In this document: in pieces, positions 30,406-44,000 of the stretch | Layout: each line of letters opens with the position of its first letter | Numbering within the stretch: the stretch's first letter is position 1 | Assembly: GCA_964035545.1 (NCBI GenBank) | Contig: OZ037766.1 | Span: forward strand, 33,511,672 to 33,575,671 | Origin: Bugula neritina | Lineage: Eukaryota > Animalia > Bryozoa | DNA length: 64,000 nucleotides | Direction: 5' to 3' | The notes under the pieces: model-generated | What the model saw: only the letters and a program-made list of their open reading frames with translations | Databases searched by the model: none | What the model was told of the DNA's origin: nothing | Program-made: the position numbers and the translations under genes

Positions 30406-31799
30406 TCAACAGTGGCGGATTTCTGAGCCTAGATAGATCCAAGGGTCCCACAATTACTCTTTTCGAGAGGTCTTGGGACTTAACCCAGTCAAGATTAAGA
30501 TACTGATTGTTTATATCATGTTTGTTGGTTCAAATTTCTACATCGACAGGGCAAAACATTACTACTCAGTACTAGTAGAATAGTAGTACTAGTACCGGGT
30601 ATTTATAAATATAAGCTTGTTGGTTGTTAGTAAGTTGTGTACAGTAACTGTAAAATTTTCATTACTATTCATTATAATCTAAGTTGTTTATCATGGCGAC
30701 TAGATATTTAAATCCTTTTGTTTGTCATGCATTAGGGCACTCTTCTAAAATTTAATGTGTCATTTATTTGACTCTATAAAGTGTTCAGTTCTCTAACTAG
30801 CCTAATAGTATAGTCAGACATGACAAATTTTCATTTGTTTGGTTCAACAATCATCACACCTCTTTGTCACTCCAACTGCAGTAGTAGTGTATAGTTGCTT
30901 AGCAGTGGTGCTTTTACTAGCAAAGTTGTTACTAGTTAAATTTAATCATAGTTGTGCAATAACAAAGTGAAAGTTTTTCGTTAATAAACTAATTATAATC
31001 AAATATGACAAATTAAATTTATTAGCTAAGCAAAAGCTGAAATTTTAGTAAATTTATGTTTAACAACAATTGGACTATGAAAAGTAAATGAAAATGACAC
31101 GTATAGCTAAATGTCCTGTTCGTGTTTTTATATCAAACTCAATCTGATTATATATTCTTTCGTAGCCTTTCATTACTTATTACTTATATTTTTTATTGTT
31201 ACTGGATAAAAATCAAAATGCCCTGTTTTATAGTATTTTCTCTATAAAAGAACTATTGCTAAGACATTTTTAGCTAAACTAATTATAAAATAAAATAGAA
31301 GTTGGTGTCAACTTTAGGTGAAATGATTCAGTTGCATCAATTTCAATTTAACCACATCTTTCCTTTTTTTCAAATCGCTGCTACTCATTGTGCACCTCGA
31401 CTCAGTTGTTTCTGAGGATCTTTGTAGTCAGGATTAGAAAGATTATACTGATACAGTGCAGCTGGTCAAGCTCTGACAATTGCTATAAAAAAACCGTACT
31501 TCTGTCATAAAAACTGCTTGAAATAATTTTAAGATGCTGCTGACTAACAAAATAATATATTTCCTACAAATTTTGTTTATTTTAATTTATTATTTTTTAT
31601 TATTAATATTAGTAAATATTAATTATTTAATTAAGTTACAAGCAATGCCGCTTGAGCAATTTATTTGCCATGTGAATTATGCCAGCACTTCTTGCTTTTT
31701 GAAATAAGCCAATGGAGTGCAAGCAGATAAAATTGTGAGCTGGAACCTAGCTGGGTCATAGACTTTGCCACTATGGAGTGAGTAACAAACATATAACTC

Positions 31800-31900
31800 T
31801 ACACGACACTAACTACACTACACAACACTAACTACACTACACAACACTAACTACACTACACAATACTAACTACACTACACAACACTAACTACACTACACA
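31800..31900. repeat. 19-bp tandem repeat (CACTAACTACACTACACAA)n
   Basis: About 5 units ending at a CAG acceptor. Confidence 0.9.
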
Positions 31901-32318
31901 GATTGAAAACACAATCAATGTGCAAATCACACTGATTGCAGACCTCCCAAACTCAACTACAGAAAATTTAGTAAGCAGTATTTTAGTTATTATTTCCATG
32001 GGATGCACCCTTTATTCCGTTAATATCTTATGTTTTATCTGCAAAGCTATTCCTGTTGCATGTGTCAATAGAGAAAAGTTACTTAATTGAATGTATTCCA
32101 AACAGTTTAAACTCATTGATAATGAAATATTTGCAGCTTAGCTGCACACAGCATTTTAAAGCTTTCTTCTTTTTTATGTTAAGCTAAATTTTGGCTATTG
32201 TTGCTGTTTAGAGAGAAGTATAATAGCTGTATCTCTCTCTACGACTGTTTGAAGTCAGGTGCAGTCATGGTGGAGCATTTCAGACACTTTTGTGTTCATC
32301 CAGATACAGCAGCAGTAA

Positions 32319-32515
32319 CAGACCTCTCGCTCACCCACCACAGACCTCTCACCCACCACAGACCTCTCACCCACCACAGACCTCTCGCCCACCACAGACC
32401 TCTCGCCCACCACAGACCTCTCGCCCACCCACCACAGACCTCTCACCCACCACAGACCTCTCACCCACCACAGACCTCTCGCCCACCACAGACCTCTCGC
32501 CCACCCACCACAGAT
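32319..32515. repeat. 18/22-bp tandem repeat (CAGACCTCTCRCCCACCA)n
   Basis: About 10 units. Confidence 0.92.
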
Positions 32516-34303
32516 GTCTCTTTCACTTGCAGTAATTATGGTAACTATTATTAACCATAACCAGTCACTACTTAAATATTAGTTGACAGACTACAATATT
32601 CTCCAGGTAGAAATTTTTATGGTTACTTGTGGCATTTAGAAGTGTTTTATATCAAGTTTTTCACATTTGTAATTTATTGAACCGTATAGGCCATCATGTT
32701 TTATATTTTACTTTCATGTTATTTCAGGTCTGAGAGAATGAAAGCTGTTACAGATGAATGTTCTAGTCTTATGGACTGAACTATCCTACAGGTAATGCAC
32801 AAGATCTCTACTAAAGGTGACACATTGTTAGATGAGTTCCTTTTGTGACTCAAAACTCCTTTACTGGTGAGACTCAGTCATATTCCATGAGTCACGAGGT
32901 GAAACCTCCAGAACTCATCAGAATTTCTCTATATTAGCAGATCTGTAACTCTATAATGCTCTTTCTTATATAGAAGTTAAGGATTGATAGTTAATGTAGA
33001 ATGTTCTCTGTTGTGTATATTCTGTACACTGTGGGTTAAGTTTCACACTCCATAACTGAAATACCACCAGAGTAGAGAATACTAAGTAAAGCTGACTTGA
33101 AAATTTGCTCTAAAGTTTAGAAATAGACTTGAAGCTTCTCGGGCATTACTTAATTTCAGCTGGTGGTAGTATTTTAGGTAACTTTAGTTGGGAAACTTCA
33201 TATATCAATTTACTTAATTTTCCAATTGGATGAAATTCTACATTTATTTAGCTGCTTTGATATAATATTTAAAGACACACTAGTATCTGGTTGTCTATAT
33301 GTAATAATATTTTTATATGTAGATCATCCTTTGACAAATTGGGGAGTTTGAGTTACCTTGTTGTGTCTTGTAGCATTGGGAAGTTTGGCTTTGCTGTGAA
33401 ATAGCTGCTCTGTGTTTATAATAAATGATGACGTAACAGAAAATCTATAGCTTGACTAAAGAAAATGGGAAGGTGTGACTTCTATAACCAGCTGGTGCCA
33501 AACTTCCAAAAGTGGTGAGCAAAAAACATTCAAATACGGATTTTATTTGATATGCTAACAATTGCTTTAGTGTAATACACAACGCATCATCATGTTTCCC
33601 TAACTTATAAAATTCTGGCTGCAGATGTATCTGATTTTGTTTGAAAATTATGAATCATGACCACAACCAGTTGCTAAACCAGTTGCTGTCAAGGCAGCAT
33701 GATGTCGTATTCTGATCCAAGTTGCTATAAACTCCTTCATTTTTATTTGTCTCAGGTCGAAAGTGTGCTGTGCAGAGTAGAGTTAGCCAGCAAACTAAAG
33801 AAGATACCCTTAAACTGCTGTGTCAGGCTTGTGGTTTCCAGGCTATGACTAAGGCTAATGCATCTCCGAGTGTTGATTCACAAGAATAATTAGAACAGGT
33901 ATATGAAAGTTGTATGCGAGAGCTTTCGATGTCTTGAGTTTTGGTTTGTCTCGTAGTTATCTTCAAGTTTACGAAAGAAGATTCTAGTAAGTTAGCTGTT
34001 TGGTGACTTTCTCTAACAATAAATAAGAGTATTTTGGTCATGAATCATTCATTTTATATCTCAACTTTCTTACTCTTTACCTTCTTTACAATCAAATGGT
34101 GTTTTGTGTGTTGCTCATTTACACTACACTGTTAACACTGTGTACATTGTTTTCTATCAACTCAGTATCCTGCACCATGTGTCGTTATACTGTAGGGTTG
34201 AGTGTACAGAGTGTAGTTTCAGCTGTCCTTACCCTAATGGTTTTCAAACACACATGAGAGCACATACAGGATACAAGCCGTTCATCTGTAGTATGTGTGG
34301 TAG

Positions 34304-34460
34304 GTACTCTGTAGTAGTTACTGTATACTCTCTGGCCGTTACTGTATATTCTGTGGTAGTTACTGTACACTCTGTAGTAGTTACTGTATACTCTCTGGCC
34401 GTTACTGTATATTCTGTGGTAGTTACTGTACACTCTGTAGTAGTTATTGTATACTCTGTT
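34304..34460. repeat. 21-bp (63-bp higher-order) intronic tandem repeat
   Basis: TACTCTGTAGTAGTTACTGTA variants filling the intron between zinc-finger exons. Confidence 0.88.
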
Positions 34461-36299
34461 AACAGGGAAGTGCTTCATAACGGGCAGTGAACTAAGGAAA
34501 CATGGATGCCTTCACACTGCGCCTGTATAAAGGAGGTACTCATGTGAAATCTGCAACAAAACCTTACACAACTCTGCAGCACCTGGAGTTGCACACGAGG
34601 CGGTATACAGGTGAGTTACCTTACGGCGTTATATCAGAATGACTTTATCTGGTAACACTGGTTATTGAGTGTGTCTGTTTTCATATTCGTGAATGCTTTA
34701 TCCTGGCTATGACTCATTTCATTTTATTACTGAATGTTAGCATTTAAAAAAAGATATTAATAAGCTTTTTGGATCCAACTCTGTTATAGAATATAACTTT
34801 TATGTGTCATAAACATGTTTTTTCTCTTGTACAGAATTGTATTCAGTGTGGCTAAGCCCCAACTTCTATAGAACCAAAGCTACAATTTTGCTCCAGTTTC
34901 TTATATATAGCCTGTGGTCACATACTCCTCAGTGGGTACCCCCCCTCTGTCACCTCCAGATTGTAACACTATCTCAGTCTACTGTAGTATTATAGCTTTG
35001 TTATACAGGCTTTAAGAGAAAAGGCTATGCAAAGCTTTCAGATGAAAAGCTATGTAAAGCTTTCAGATGAAGAGCTAATGCTTCATGTACAAACTGTTGT
35101 TCACTCTCTCTTTACGACTCAACCTAGTAACATGTGCTGTGCCCAGTAAAGCTTTTTCACATGATACTGCATCTACCTGACAGGTGAGAGGCCGGTCAGT
35201 GTCCATTCGCTCCTCCATCCAAATCAGTGCTGCTGAATCATCAGACGGGACATACTGGAGAGAAGAACTACAGCTGTCATCTCTGCTCCTTCACCTGTGC
35301 TAGCAGTGGTAAGATAATACTATACTTATTTATACTACTAGCTGTATTGAGACAATGCTACACCCACTTATAATTTTTTCTTGAACTAGACGATAGGCTG
35401 CTTCACCACTAGTTTTTATTACTAATTCAATTGCAAAGCTAGAATGACTCAGCTATATAGCTGGCTGCTGTTAAGCCAGTGCATTAGAGAATAGCCTTTA
35501 TTTTAAGCTATTTACAGCAAGCTGATGACAAATACAATTGGTAATCAGTATTCTATTAGGCATAGACCCACAAGGTAGCTATTTTGTGTTATATTATATT
35601 ATTATATATTCAAATTTTGTTCTTTTGATAGTTTATAGTGTTGTAGCTTCACTGAATAATGATATTTCTTGTATTTATGTTTTGTATTGCAGTCAGTTGG
35701 TCATGTGTTATATAGTTGACATTGTTTAATAGGTTTCACAGTTAGTAAAGGTTGGTCACCTAGAAATAAAAGATAAATCCAGCCTCTCAGGCCTAGTAGT
35801 TTATTCAGTGGCAAATTAGCATCAGACTCTACTTATGGTCATAAGTCTTGAGAATGAAAATTTTATACTTCTGTTGCAGACACACCCACCAATGGCGTTG
35901 GCGGAGACAACTCTCCAGACTGTCATGGTTGCTGCCAAGCCATCACTTCCAGAGTCATCTCAGCAGATGCCTTTCATTAAATCAGCCCATCAGATTCACT
36001 TGAGTGAAGCACAAATATGACCAGCCTTTGATTCTAGCTGCACGTTGCTACAGCAGGTGCCTGGTACCACGACTCCAAAGTTTGACATGAGCTGTAGGCA
36101 CCCTATGCCTCAGGAGATAATTCTCTTGCATAGCTGTGTATCATCATATTAGGCTCTTGTATACAATATTGACATGAGGACAAATTGTATGCTTGCCGAT
36201 TTTGTTGCTACATTTTGTTTGGCTACAAGTTAATTACTTATAAGAATATAACTAATTTTTTAAATGTTTTTTTAATTAACTAGATTAAAATTGCAACAA

Positions 36300-37261
36300 T
36301 AAAATCTAGTGGCTTTGACAGTGAACATATACTTCTTACCTGCAAAGAAAAATCAAAATCAAACCTTAGCCTTAGCTTTAGTCTTCATACATATATTTTG
36401 ACATGCAAAGTGAACAGAGAAGTGCATTAAGAAAGGGGAACAGAATGGACTAACCTCTCCTGTTGAGTTTGCTTTATCTGATGTAATCTTTGTGTAACGC
36501 AGAGGTCAATGTGGGAACCTGGGCCCAGGTCATTAAATATTCCGACAGCAGCTTTTTCACGGGCTCAAACTACAAAAGTCTTAAGACTTTAGAGAGGAAA
36601 GCAAACTGGAAAACAAAAACTTTGATCGGAAAGAGAAAAGGTAACTGCTATAAGAGGAAAGCAAACAGGTTTACAAGAAATATAACAAAGAGAAAAGTGA
36701 ACAGCAAAACAAATTTACTAGAATGATTTCTACATGCTACATATCACGTACCTACTTGTCCGGTTTCTATCCGTTCTTGAAGACGGTCATAGCAATTAGC
36801 GAGCGGAACATCAGAGGATCCATGAGAGAGTTTGGGGCCTGTAGGGACCACTCAAAGAAGTAGAGACTAAAGACAGCATGCCAGCTTATCAGCAGTAGAT
36901 GTTTGGTGCCATATAATGTATCTTGGAGCAGTTCTTGTTAGCTACCACAGTATCTTCTGTAGCCCTAGTATCCATGCCCAGGATAACTCCATCCTAAAAC
37001 ACAGTTTAGAGATATAAGTTGTGTAAACTCAATACTTTGCAACTAACATTTCCTATTTTTATTATGGCCATAACAATTGTTAAACAATAATAGCAATAAC
37101 ACCTAATCCACAAACAACTTTGTCTCAAACTGAATTTATTAACTATTTTTCAACAAATAAATTATGTGCATCAAAAAATGAAAAATGAAACTTACCTTAT
37201 AGTCGTGCCAGTACTGTAACCTTTTGATGCTGTAAAACCTTTAGATGAAAGATGAGCATTT
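36300..37261 (-). pseudogene. PSMB7: Proteasome subunit beta-7 (beta2) pseudogene, intron-containing, heavily deleted
   Basis: Minus strand: 37196-37261 NAHLSSKGFTASKGYSTGTTI; from 36993 downward [34 protein letters not shown]; then TGPKL..HGSSD and SLIAMTVFKNG*KPD; at about 36490-36550 GIFNDLGPGSHIDLCV. These are recognisable PSMB7 motifs in the correct order, with stops and deletions. Confidence 0.9.
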
Positions 37262-37438
37262 CTAAAACAACCAACTCTCAAGTTAATTCCTGTTGCTTGA
37301 AGAGAGATGTGCGTTTCCAAAGACTGAATGAAGAAAGAGCTGAAAGTGCAGGGTTTATATTAGTCTAGAAAATAGCTTTTTTCTGAAATAGCCAAAATAG
37401 CTGCACACAAGCAAATAACACAACAGAGGAAAACATAC

Positions 37439-37511
37439 TGTAGCTAACATAGCCTAATGTAGCTAACATAGCCTAATGTAGCTAACATAGCCTAATGTAG
37501 CTAACATAGCT
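37439..37511. repeat. 19-bp tandem repeat (TGTAGCTAACATAGCCTAA)n
   Basis: About 4 units. Confidence 0.9.
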
Positions 37512-40500
37512 ATGTTAATACAATCAAAGCTGTAATGATTCAACAAAAGCTTTCCATGCTCATGTAATGCCCAAACAATTTTTATGCCTTACAGTGTACC
37601 TGTAAAAGCACATATGCCCAAATGTCAACAGCGAACAGGTTATGCAGAATAGATAAGGTGGACAACATATTTTCTCCCTTATAGTTCAGTAGAAATATAT
37701 AACACAGGAGTTACCAACCTTTCCCTAATATTCCCCCTTTCATGAATATTTACTATTAATTTCCCCCTTTTGACAAACTGTGAAATTTTTTTATAACTGG
37801 CATCATGATAATATAGGATACAACAATATACATTATATGAAAAGTGAAGCAGTATTTACAGCTCTAAATCCTGCATGGCACACTAACAACTATCAAGACA
37901 AACATCCACAATAAAAGTGACTTTAAAAACAACAAAATTTAGTTGAAGGACCAATAACCAGTTTTAGAGACTATAGAGAATAAGAACATTGTATATAATG
38001 CATAGTACCAGAGGCATATAGTTTAAATGTGAGACTTTGGCAGAATTTGGCTGCTACTGGTAAAACCCATTCGGTAGTAATTTAAAATTGGAATATTCAG
38101 CTGATTGTGGTAAAATAATATAATTAGGGTATAAAAGTAGACATCAACCACCGAGGGTATCGTAATCAGGTTAAGATAAACTGCATAAAACATCCAGGCC
38201 ATACCAACTTATAGAGAAGCAAAATAGTATATCAGTTCAACTTTAGTCAAATTTTATTAGTAATTCTTGAAAATATAACTGGATAAAAAGTTTGAAACTG
38301 TTTACTGGTAAAATTGTGATTAATTAAAAATTTCCGAATAATTCTAGAAGTAGTTTAATCAAGGATTCATGTTATACTTATTAGGAATTGTTGGGACTTT
38401 ACATAAGTTGGGAAAGCTTTTCCCTAATGCATTATAGCTTTTCATGCATTATTACAGCTATGCAAGCTATATTACAATTTTCTGACACTCATTACGGCTA
38501 CTAAACAATAGCTGACTTTTTTGACTGGTATAACAACCCAGTATTTTCATCTATCTTTAAACTTGCGTCTTGCAACTTATGATGTAAAGGCTTTTACATC
38601 GCTTCTTTCTTTTAGACTGCTACAATAAATATCTCTATATATTAAAAACAACAGGAATTACCTCCATATAGCTCATCCAGCTGACCCATGTGAAGAATAA
38701 TCTAGAATGGCTTTGTCCAACTTTATACCCAATTGGTTGGTTGTCTAGTAGATGACCATGTGACCATTACAGCAGTTACTGCAAGAAGAAAGCAGTCTAT
38801 AATTATGTGGTGTTGCATATCATGAAAAACAATGAAATAAAATACTATAAATATAACTTATTTTATAAAACATTATAATTGAAGAAAGCAACGAAAGTAA
38901 AAATGGAGAACAACAGGGGGAGATTCACATTTTTTATTGATGTATAGGTGTACAGAAGAGTGTCACAATTAATTTTAAAAAATGATTTGTTGAAAAAGCC
39001 ATAACCAAAAATCAAAAATGAAAGCCTGACTTCGTTTTCTTACCACAAGCAAGCATAGCACTATGTAAACTTATATTTTTTAATAAGAGGTTTTCACACA
39101 TTCAGCAATAAATTGACAGACCAACAAATATGATTGAAGAGTGCTCATTTAGATGGAATGAGGTTTGGTAGTATTTACAAGCTCCAAAATCAAATGAATT
39201 ACTTATTGATGGTTTTCAATGAATACAATGATTGTATTAACATGAAATTAAAATCCTAAAATAAAATCCCAATCATGTGCTGATTTTTCATCTCTTCAGT
39301 CAAGTTTGTATGGAGCTAGGGTAAGGTTGGCAAGAGCTATTACAATAGGCTGTTTTAACTTTCATTAGAAACACATATGGCAATTCTTGAATGAAATAAA
39401 CAGCTAAAACTTTTAAAGCTAAATATAACAACAGAAAAACAGCCAAGTGTTACGGTAGAATTAATCAACAGTGGACTTCATAGCTAACAGGACATATAGT
39501 ATCAGTATTTTATGTGCCGAACAGTACAGTTTCATTTTAATCATCACTTTATAGTACAATTCTATGTGCACAACTTCCCAAAGTTATATATTCTACACCT
39601 TACACAATTATATTGCAACTTTTATCAAAAGCACATGCTTCAGTGTTTGAGTAGTAACGCTTGTTATGCTTATCCTAAATCATACTTTGTCCAAGGGAAG
39701 GTAGAAAAAGCTGAATCTAACATCATTTATGAGAGTAGCTATCCCCTGGTAGTAGCTTTATGAATGCTAAAACCTAAAACCTACTAGCACATAACATAGG
39801 GAAAGAGCAAATATTGTTACAATAAACAATTCATTTAGATACAAACCTGAACCGATGAAAACTTTCATTGAATCAAACACAGAGAGAAGACAACTTCTAC
39901 ATCGCATCTCATGGATTTAAAACCAGTCTTGATAGCAAGGGAACTTTTATCTGCATGTGGTTGAACACGACTACAAAACAGACAATAAATATTCTAAACT
40001 ACCTTAATATATAAAACATTTTATTTTAATTTGCTAATAGTAATTGTTTGCAGAGCTGCGATACTAGTCTACTGACTACAAGTGATTAACTTAAACAAAT
40101 TCACAAGACTTGGAGTTAACAAGACTAAAATAATAAATAAACCACAACATTGTTACTACCACTTCAAACAGAAATAGATATACATGAATTATGGACATCA
40201 GTTATCAAGAAGAATACAAGAAGCACAAGATAATTCTTCCAATACATCGTGTAAAACTAGTAAAATTGAAACCACAGAGAAAATTATTGTAAATAATAAA
40301 TACCTAATTATAACCAAGATGGGGCTCACAGAACTGACCACAGTTGACTAGGTCACATCTTCCTGGTGTAGACCATATGTTCCCTAATCATGTGTGAATA
40401 TCTGAGCTGCTCGGAGACATTCTAAAAAACAAAACACATTTGACAAATTCAAGTTGTTGAATAAATGATGACAGACATGTATGAGACAAATTATAGACTG

Positions 40501-40512
40501 TAGAATCTAGAG

Positions 40513-41034
40513 CATGGGTGCTCAACCTTATTGGAAAAAAGGCCGCAAAAAAATTTGAGCCACCATAAAGGCCACTAGAAAATTCAATGTCAATTTCACT
40601 GTCAAAACCCTCCATATATCATTAAAGCCTATTTTTAAATTTATGTGTTTATTTTGTTATGAAAAACAGATCCAGGAGAATAACTTGAATTGTTCAAGAA
40701 AGTAAGTCTTTTTTGTACATTGTACAAAGCACAGTATGGTTTGATAATTTGGTTTAATGTCCGATGCCGATATGTGAAGAATATCGTCCAGATAGAAGTC
40801 CGTTAGCCTCTATCTGAATTTACTTTGGGCATATCCCATCCGAGAGAATAAGTGTTCACATCAATATGTACTAGCAGTCATGATTCATATAGTAAACTTG
40901 GGAATTAGTAAAAAGCAAAATTTAGGAAGGATTGAAACTGAACTAAATTCTCATTTTACTAAGAGACCAAAAGGCGACATTTACCAGCTCAAAAGGCCGC
41001 CAAAAGTCAAAAGGCCGCAGGTTGAGCATGGCTG
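40513..41034. mobile_element. hAT (Buster/Charlie-type) non-autonomous element, 522 bp
   Basis: Perfect 8-bp TSD ATCTAGAG (40505-40512 and 41035-41042). Imperfect TIRs CAtgggTGCTCAACCT / AGGTTGAGCAtggcTG. Empty site in the paralogous block at 47048-47055. Confidence 0.92.
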
Positions 41035-44000
41035 ATCTAGAGTATGGGAAATTTGTATCATGATAAAATCAACTTAGTCTACAGAACCAGGAAAGACACT
41101 TCGTTGAATCAGAAACTTTTTCAGTTGAAACAACGTAGACTGAATATTCCACTTTTTAATTTCAAGGAATGATTATGACTATAATATGAGTATGTAACTG
41201 AAATAAAGTCAAACAAATTGAATTATTGGGTAGGAGTTAAAATTTATTGCACAGTTATGGCTATTTTGAAAAGAAAAGCTGATTTCAATTATGAGCCACA
41301 CAGTACAGAGCAGCAAATCAATGAATTAAAATCATAAGCTTGTACATGTGGTGAGCAAAGCAACAGCCGCACTATTACAGAAAGGTCATTGTAAAATGTT
41401 AGTGTAAATATTTGTGCAGAGGGATTGATATAGAATCACAAAAATTATGTCTAATGATCATATATCACAACAAAATACCTTAATTATTAAAACGGCATTA
41501 TATTAATATATAAATTAACCATCCCTTCAGTGTGGATAACAATTAATTAAGGCAAGCAGATAAAATCAAGCTGAAGACCATGATGAGTATGTAACTGAAA
41601 TAAAGTCAAACGAATTAAATCATTGGGCAACAGTTAAACTTTATTATACTGGTAAGGCTGTAGTGAAAAAAATTAAAACATTTGATTTCAATTATACTAT
41701 TATTCTCAGTATTGATTTTGTAGTTCAGTTCAACAGACCAGAGAAGAACAGGGTAGAAGTTGTGTTGAAATTAGGCTAATTTGGAGCTAAGCTAAATTGA
41801 AATTCATTATATGCCTTGCAGTTGTATTAACTCAAATGACTGCATAATCAAATTGATAAAAAATGAGTGGCAGCTTATAAATTGAATAAAATATTCAATT
41901 TGAATTCTAAGCCTATTAATGAATACAGATTAACAAACAGTTTACTAAAGACGGTACAAAATTATTAAATGACGTGCTAAATAAAGGATTACTTTGGTAA
42001 GATGACCAAGCAGTTTCAGTTGCTGGACCAGTCAGTTTGAAGGGCAACTTAGTAATGACAGGGCAGAAATTGGCAGAAATTGAACAGGTGAGCTAGAAAA
42101 ACTGCTTGTTCGAGAAGCTATTCAGGTGAATGATGAAAATAAATGTTGCAACTTGTGATTTGACTTTTCAAATTTTTATGGAGCTTTATCATCCTTCTAA
42201 CCATTCACCATTAAATCACTAATTTCTCTTATCGTATGCAACTAGATATTACCATGAGGTTAGGGACCTAAAGAAAAAGGACAGGGCTGTGCATGCACTT
42301 GCTTACTCCCAACTCTTGCTTACTCCCAACTCTGACTACTGGTTGCAGGTAAACATTCAACTACTTGTTTGAAATGTGTTGGGAGGTCATGGTCATGAAT
42401 TACTAGACATTCTGTATAGCATTAAGTTTACTATAATATGTGTGTACTGTCACTGTATGCCTGATGAAATAACTTTTATGGACATCGATATTAAATAGCA
42501 GGAATTTGGGATAAGGTAACTTTAGAAAATAAAGATTTAAAATAAAACATACCACGGACAGATAAAGATGAGGCTTACAGGGATGGGAAGAATAACACAG
42601 AGAGAAAAAGAGTAGAGGTTGCTGTTCCTCTGCCCATTCTGTAACACAAAAAAATAGTGAATAAACTTGTTCAAAATACATTAGAAAAAAGGAAGCAATA
42701 GAAACATCACCTGTAGAATTTTTTCTATCAAAATGACAAATTTACTAGTAAATTCCAAGCATTCAAAAAACACTCAACACTATGTTAACTCTGTAGAAGT
42801 ATATATTATATCTAAAGTTTCTAAGTGGTTAAATGATTGAACCAACATCAAAATTTTCTACTCATATATAATACAGATGTGTGATATAAATAGGAAATCT
42901 AGTAATGTAATGAGTCTTGTGAAACAGTATAAATTTACAGCTCTAAAACCCACGTCGCAAACCAACAATTGAAAGAATCAAGACAGAAATTCACAATAAA
43001 AGTAGCTTTAAAACAATAAAATTTAGTTGAAGCATGAAACACCAGTTTTAGAGAATATAGAAAATAAGTATATTGTATAATGCATACTACGAGAGACTTT
43101 GACAAAATTACGCTGTACATGCCACAGTTAGCCCTAATTTGCTAATAATTCAAAAATGCAACATCCAGCAGCATGACTTAATGCAATCTCATATTTCTAA
43201 ACATTTATAGTTCTCAATAATTTAAACGTATACTGAAAATACATCAAACTTGAATATTTGGTAAATAATAGTAAGAGAAGTAGAGGCTATGATATAACAA
43301 CAGAAAACAATTACAGGACTGGAGAAAATAATGAGTTGAAATAACACATACCACGGACAGATACAGATGAGGCTTACAGGGATGGGAAGAATAACACAGA
43401 GAGAAAAAGAGTACAGGTTGCTGTTCCTCTACACATCTTGTAAAACAAAAAATAGCATATAAACTTGTTCAAAATACAATAGAAAAACGGAAGCATGAGT
43501 TATGGCAATAGAAACATAACCTGTAGAAATTTTTCCTCCAAACTGACACTCAACACTATGTTAATACTGTATAGGAGTATATGTTATATCTAAAGTTTCT
43601 AACTGGTTAAATGATTGAACCAACATCAAAATTCTCTACTCATGTATATAATACAGATGTATGATATAAAGTAGGAAATCTAGTAAAGCAATGAGTCTTG
43701 TGAAACAACTTACAGAGAAGTAAAATGCTATATCGGTTTAGCTTGAGTTCAACTATAATTGTTAATTCTTGAAAATACAACTTGATGAAAAATTTGAAAC
43801 TGTTTACTTGTTGAATTGTGATTAAATGCAAATTTGTGAACAATTCTATAGATATATAAATAGCTTCACCAAGGAGACATGTTATACTTAATAAGTATTA
43901 CCTCCATATAGCTCTTACAGCTGACACATGCCAAGAATAATCTAGAATGAAATTGTCCAACTTTACACCCAATTGGTTGGTTGTCTAGTAGATGACCATG

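Larger units (their letters stand above)
31902..36150 (+). pseudogene. Multi-exon C2H2 zinc-finger pseudogene
   Basis: Exon 34196-34299 reads CTECSFSCPYPNGFQTHMRAHTGYKPFICSMC. Exon 34466-34610 reads KCFITGSELRKHGCLH...YSCEICNK, with an in-frame TAA at 34528 and a frameshift. Exon 35184-35308 reads GERP...HTGEKNYSCHLCSF, with deletions. Outer limits are approximate. Confidence 0.75.

Noticed and set aside
30410-30425. CAGTGGCGGATTT transposon-end-like motif (similarly CAGGAGTTACCAACCTT at about 37705)
   Set aside because: No matching opposite terminus or TSD could be found, so no element was called.
32198-32554. HHRPL / PPQTS repeat ORFs
   Set aside because: They arise from an 18/22-bp tandem repeat that is open in several frames, with no domain evidence.
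36490-36726. K/R-rich + strand ORF
   Set aside because: It overlaps the antisense of the PSMB7 pseudogene exon and an A-rich intron, with no independent coding evidence.
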